This document shows, one piece after another, positions 48,265 to 49,768 of a stretch of DNA of 49,768 bases. The position numbers and the translations under genes were made by a program. The DNA comes from Rickettsiales bacterium (GTDB lineage Bacteria; Pseudomonadota; Alphaproteobacteria; Rickettsiales; UBA3002). Positions within the stretch are counted from its first letter, which is position 1. Every line of letters begins with the position of its first letter. The notes below the pieces were generated by a model. The model was not told where the DNA came from. It saw nothing but the letters and a program-made list of their open reading frames with translations, and searched no databases. Location: NCBI GenBank assembly GCA_049314715.1, contig JBMOEL010000001.1, forward strand, positions 1 through 49,768. Direction: 5' to 3'.

Positions 48265-48331
48265 GCAATTTCTCCTAGCAATAATAGCATGGGTGATATA
48301 GAGACATGCGCGAATAAATACAAGGATAGTT

Positions 48332-48787
48332 ATGAACACGGCTCCTGAAACTGCATCGAATCCCACCGCTGCAATTGCCTTACGCGCGCAGTATGCCAAA
48401 GATCTTTCGTTTGAGAATCCCAAGGCACCGCAAAGCCTGTTTACACTCAAAGAACCGCCGACGATGGAAGTCACCGTCAATTTGGGTGCGCAGCGCCTTG
48501 ACCAAGACGTGTTCGAGCTTTCCATTCATATTAACGCGCGCGCTATCGCCGATAATGCCACCGTATTCATGGTGGATTTGACGTATGCGGGTGTTCTAGA
48601 AATTAAGGGTATTCCTGAAGAAGCGATTGAACAAATTGTGTTTATTCAAGGCGCCTTTCTGATTTATCCATTCGCACGCCGCGTGATTTCGGATGTGACT
48701 CGCGATGGTGGTTTCCCACCTCTGCAAATGGAGCCGATTGATTTCTTCGCGCTCTATCAGCAAAACCGCGCGAAACCCGCTGCTTAA
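48332..48787 (+). CDS. secB: Protein-export chaperone SecB
   Basis: Motifs seen: YAKDLSFENPKAPQ and FLIYPFARRVISDVTRDGGFPPL. Confidence 0.93.
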   Translation: MNTAPETASNPTAAIALRAQYAKDLSFENPKAPQSLFTLKEPPTMEVTVNLGAQRLDQDVFELSIHINARAIADNATVFMVDLTYAGVLEIKGIPEEAIEQIVFIQGAFLIYPFARRVISDVTRDGGFPPLQMEPIDFFALYQQNRAKPAA

Positions 48788-49467
48788 CCTGCGCTCCAAA
48801 TCGGGTTTTTGAGCTTCTCGAGCATCACCTTATGTGCCGCGAGTTCCTCCGCGCTTGGTGGGAAATGTCGCTCTGGAATATCCGTATGCCCCGTAAATGC
48901 TAAATCGATTTCATCATTGCTGCGGGTTTCTTCTTGTCTGAGCGACAAGACCGCCTGACGACCGCCGCGCAGCTCTAAATACACATCAGCTAATAACTCC
49001 GAATCGAGCAAGGCGCCGTGTTTGGTACGCGTGGATAGGTCGATAGTGAAGCGCTTACAGAGCGCGTCCAAACTTGCGGGTTGACCGGGGAATTTCTGGC
49101 GCGCCATCAGCACCGTATCGAGTGCACGGCTCATGTCGAGTGCTGCAAATCCAGCGGATTCTAATTCCGCATTGATGAATTTCATATCAAACGCCGCATT
49201 ATGAATAATCAGCGGTGAATCGGCGATAAATTCGAGAAAGGACGCAGCAATCGTTTTGAAAAGCGGCTTATCGCTCAAGAAACTGGCGGAAAGCCCATGC
49301 ACGCGCTCGGCCTCAGGCGGCATGTCGCGTTCGGGATTGAGGTAGGTCTGGAAATGATTTCCCGTGCGAATATGATTGAATAGCTCGACGCAACCAATCT
49401 CGACAACCCTGTGCCCCGAATAGGGATCAAGTCCGGTGGTCTCCGTGTCTAAAACGATTTCTCTCAT
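48784..49467 (-). CDS. dnaQ: DNA polymerase III subunit epsilon (3'-5' exonuclease)
   Basis: Exo motifs seen: IVLDTETTGL, IIHNAAFDMKFI and HGALLDSELLADVY. Confidence 0.95.
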   Translation of the reverse strand: MREIVLDTETTGLDPYSGHRVVEIGCVELFNHIRTGNHFQTYLNPERDMPPEAERVHGLSASFLSDKPLFKTIAASFLEFIADSPLIIHNAAFDMKFINAELESAGFAALDMSRALDTVLMARQKFPGQPASLDALCKRFTIDLSTRTKHGALLDSELLADVYLELRGGRQAVLSLRQEETRSNDEIDLAFTGHTDIPERHFPPSAEELAAHKVMLEKLKNPIWSAG

Positions 49468-49553
49468 ACCTTTATCCCGTTATATGAGCGCAGCAGCGCG
49501 AATCAGCCTTGAGCACGCTTCATGGCGAGGTCAGCAGACGGAGCTGGAAGCAA

Positions 49554-49768
49554 TCACAATCCCAACTCCCGCAATACTAGCTCCACACGCCTGCGAGTGA
49601 AAGCCTTACCAAGCGTGGTGGGGATAACTACATCTGCCAATGCGTTGCGCGTCGTTTCGTCCAGTTGACGGGCGACGAGGCGGTCGAATTTTTCGTCCGT
49701 CATTCCTTTACGCAAAAAAGCGCGACGGCGACGGACGTCCTGTGGTGCGGCAGCACTTATAACAAGGT
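49554..49768 (-). CDS. coaE: Dephospho-CoA kinase, C-terminal part; the gene continues beyond the window edge
   Basis: The reverse-strand frame reads ...APQDVRRRRAFLRKGMTDEKFDRLVARQLDETTRNALADVVIPT...*, with TGA at 49556-49554. It sits in the conserved coaE-dnaQ arrangement. Confidence 0.75.
   Translation of the reverse strand, partial: LVISAAAPQDVRRRRAFLRKGMTDEKFDRLVARQLDETTRNALADVVIPTTLGKAFTRRRVELVLRELGL

Noticed and set aside
1-49768. Mobile elements, prophage, CRISPR arrays, and rRNA or tRNA genes
   Set aside because: I recognised no transposase, integrase or phage-like translations, no regularly spaced direct repeats, and no intergenic region long enough or with the right motifs for rRNA or tRNA.

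Overview
This window is mostly core chromosome with alphaproteobacterial-type synteny: ychF-pth-rplY-prs, ybjN-proC, secB/tim44/mltA/smr, dnaQ-coaE, carA-carB-greA. Genes are tightly packed and many adjacent start and stop codons overlap. I did not see rRNA, tRNA, CRISPR, transposase or integrase genes. The largest functional block is a seven-gene Tad/Cpa pilus assembly operon, cpaB-cpaC-cpaD-cpaE-cpaF-tadB-tadC (622-8329). It is bracketed directly by guaA and uvrB and has no Flp pilin, prepilin peptidase or minor pilin genes in cis. Its CpaE has lost the Walker A lysine. Other blocks are DNA repair (uvrB, uvrC, dnaQ), PHA turnover (phaZ, phasin), pyrimidine synthesis (carAB), redox (2-Cys peroxiredoxin, trxB), envelope genes (lgt, pgsA, mltA, frameshifted hldD) and an OmpR/EnvZ-type two-component pair. 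The items most worth follow-up: (1) two dispersed paralogous type IV pilin-like proteins sharing an unrecognised C-terminal domain; (2) an HExxH protein appended to the mltA-smr-RR-HK gene string; (3) an orphan zeta-toxin-like P-loop kinase divergent from a LysR gene; (4) a promoter-to-terminator small-RNA candidate at 25.6 kb; (5) two families of short structured intergenic repeats, one with a compensatory base-pair change; (6) TGC-N3-GCA palindromes on the phaP and phaZ promoters; (7) small orphan genes wedged between conserved neighbours. All functional calls come from reading the translations by eye; no searches were run.
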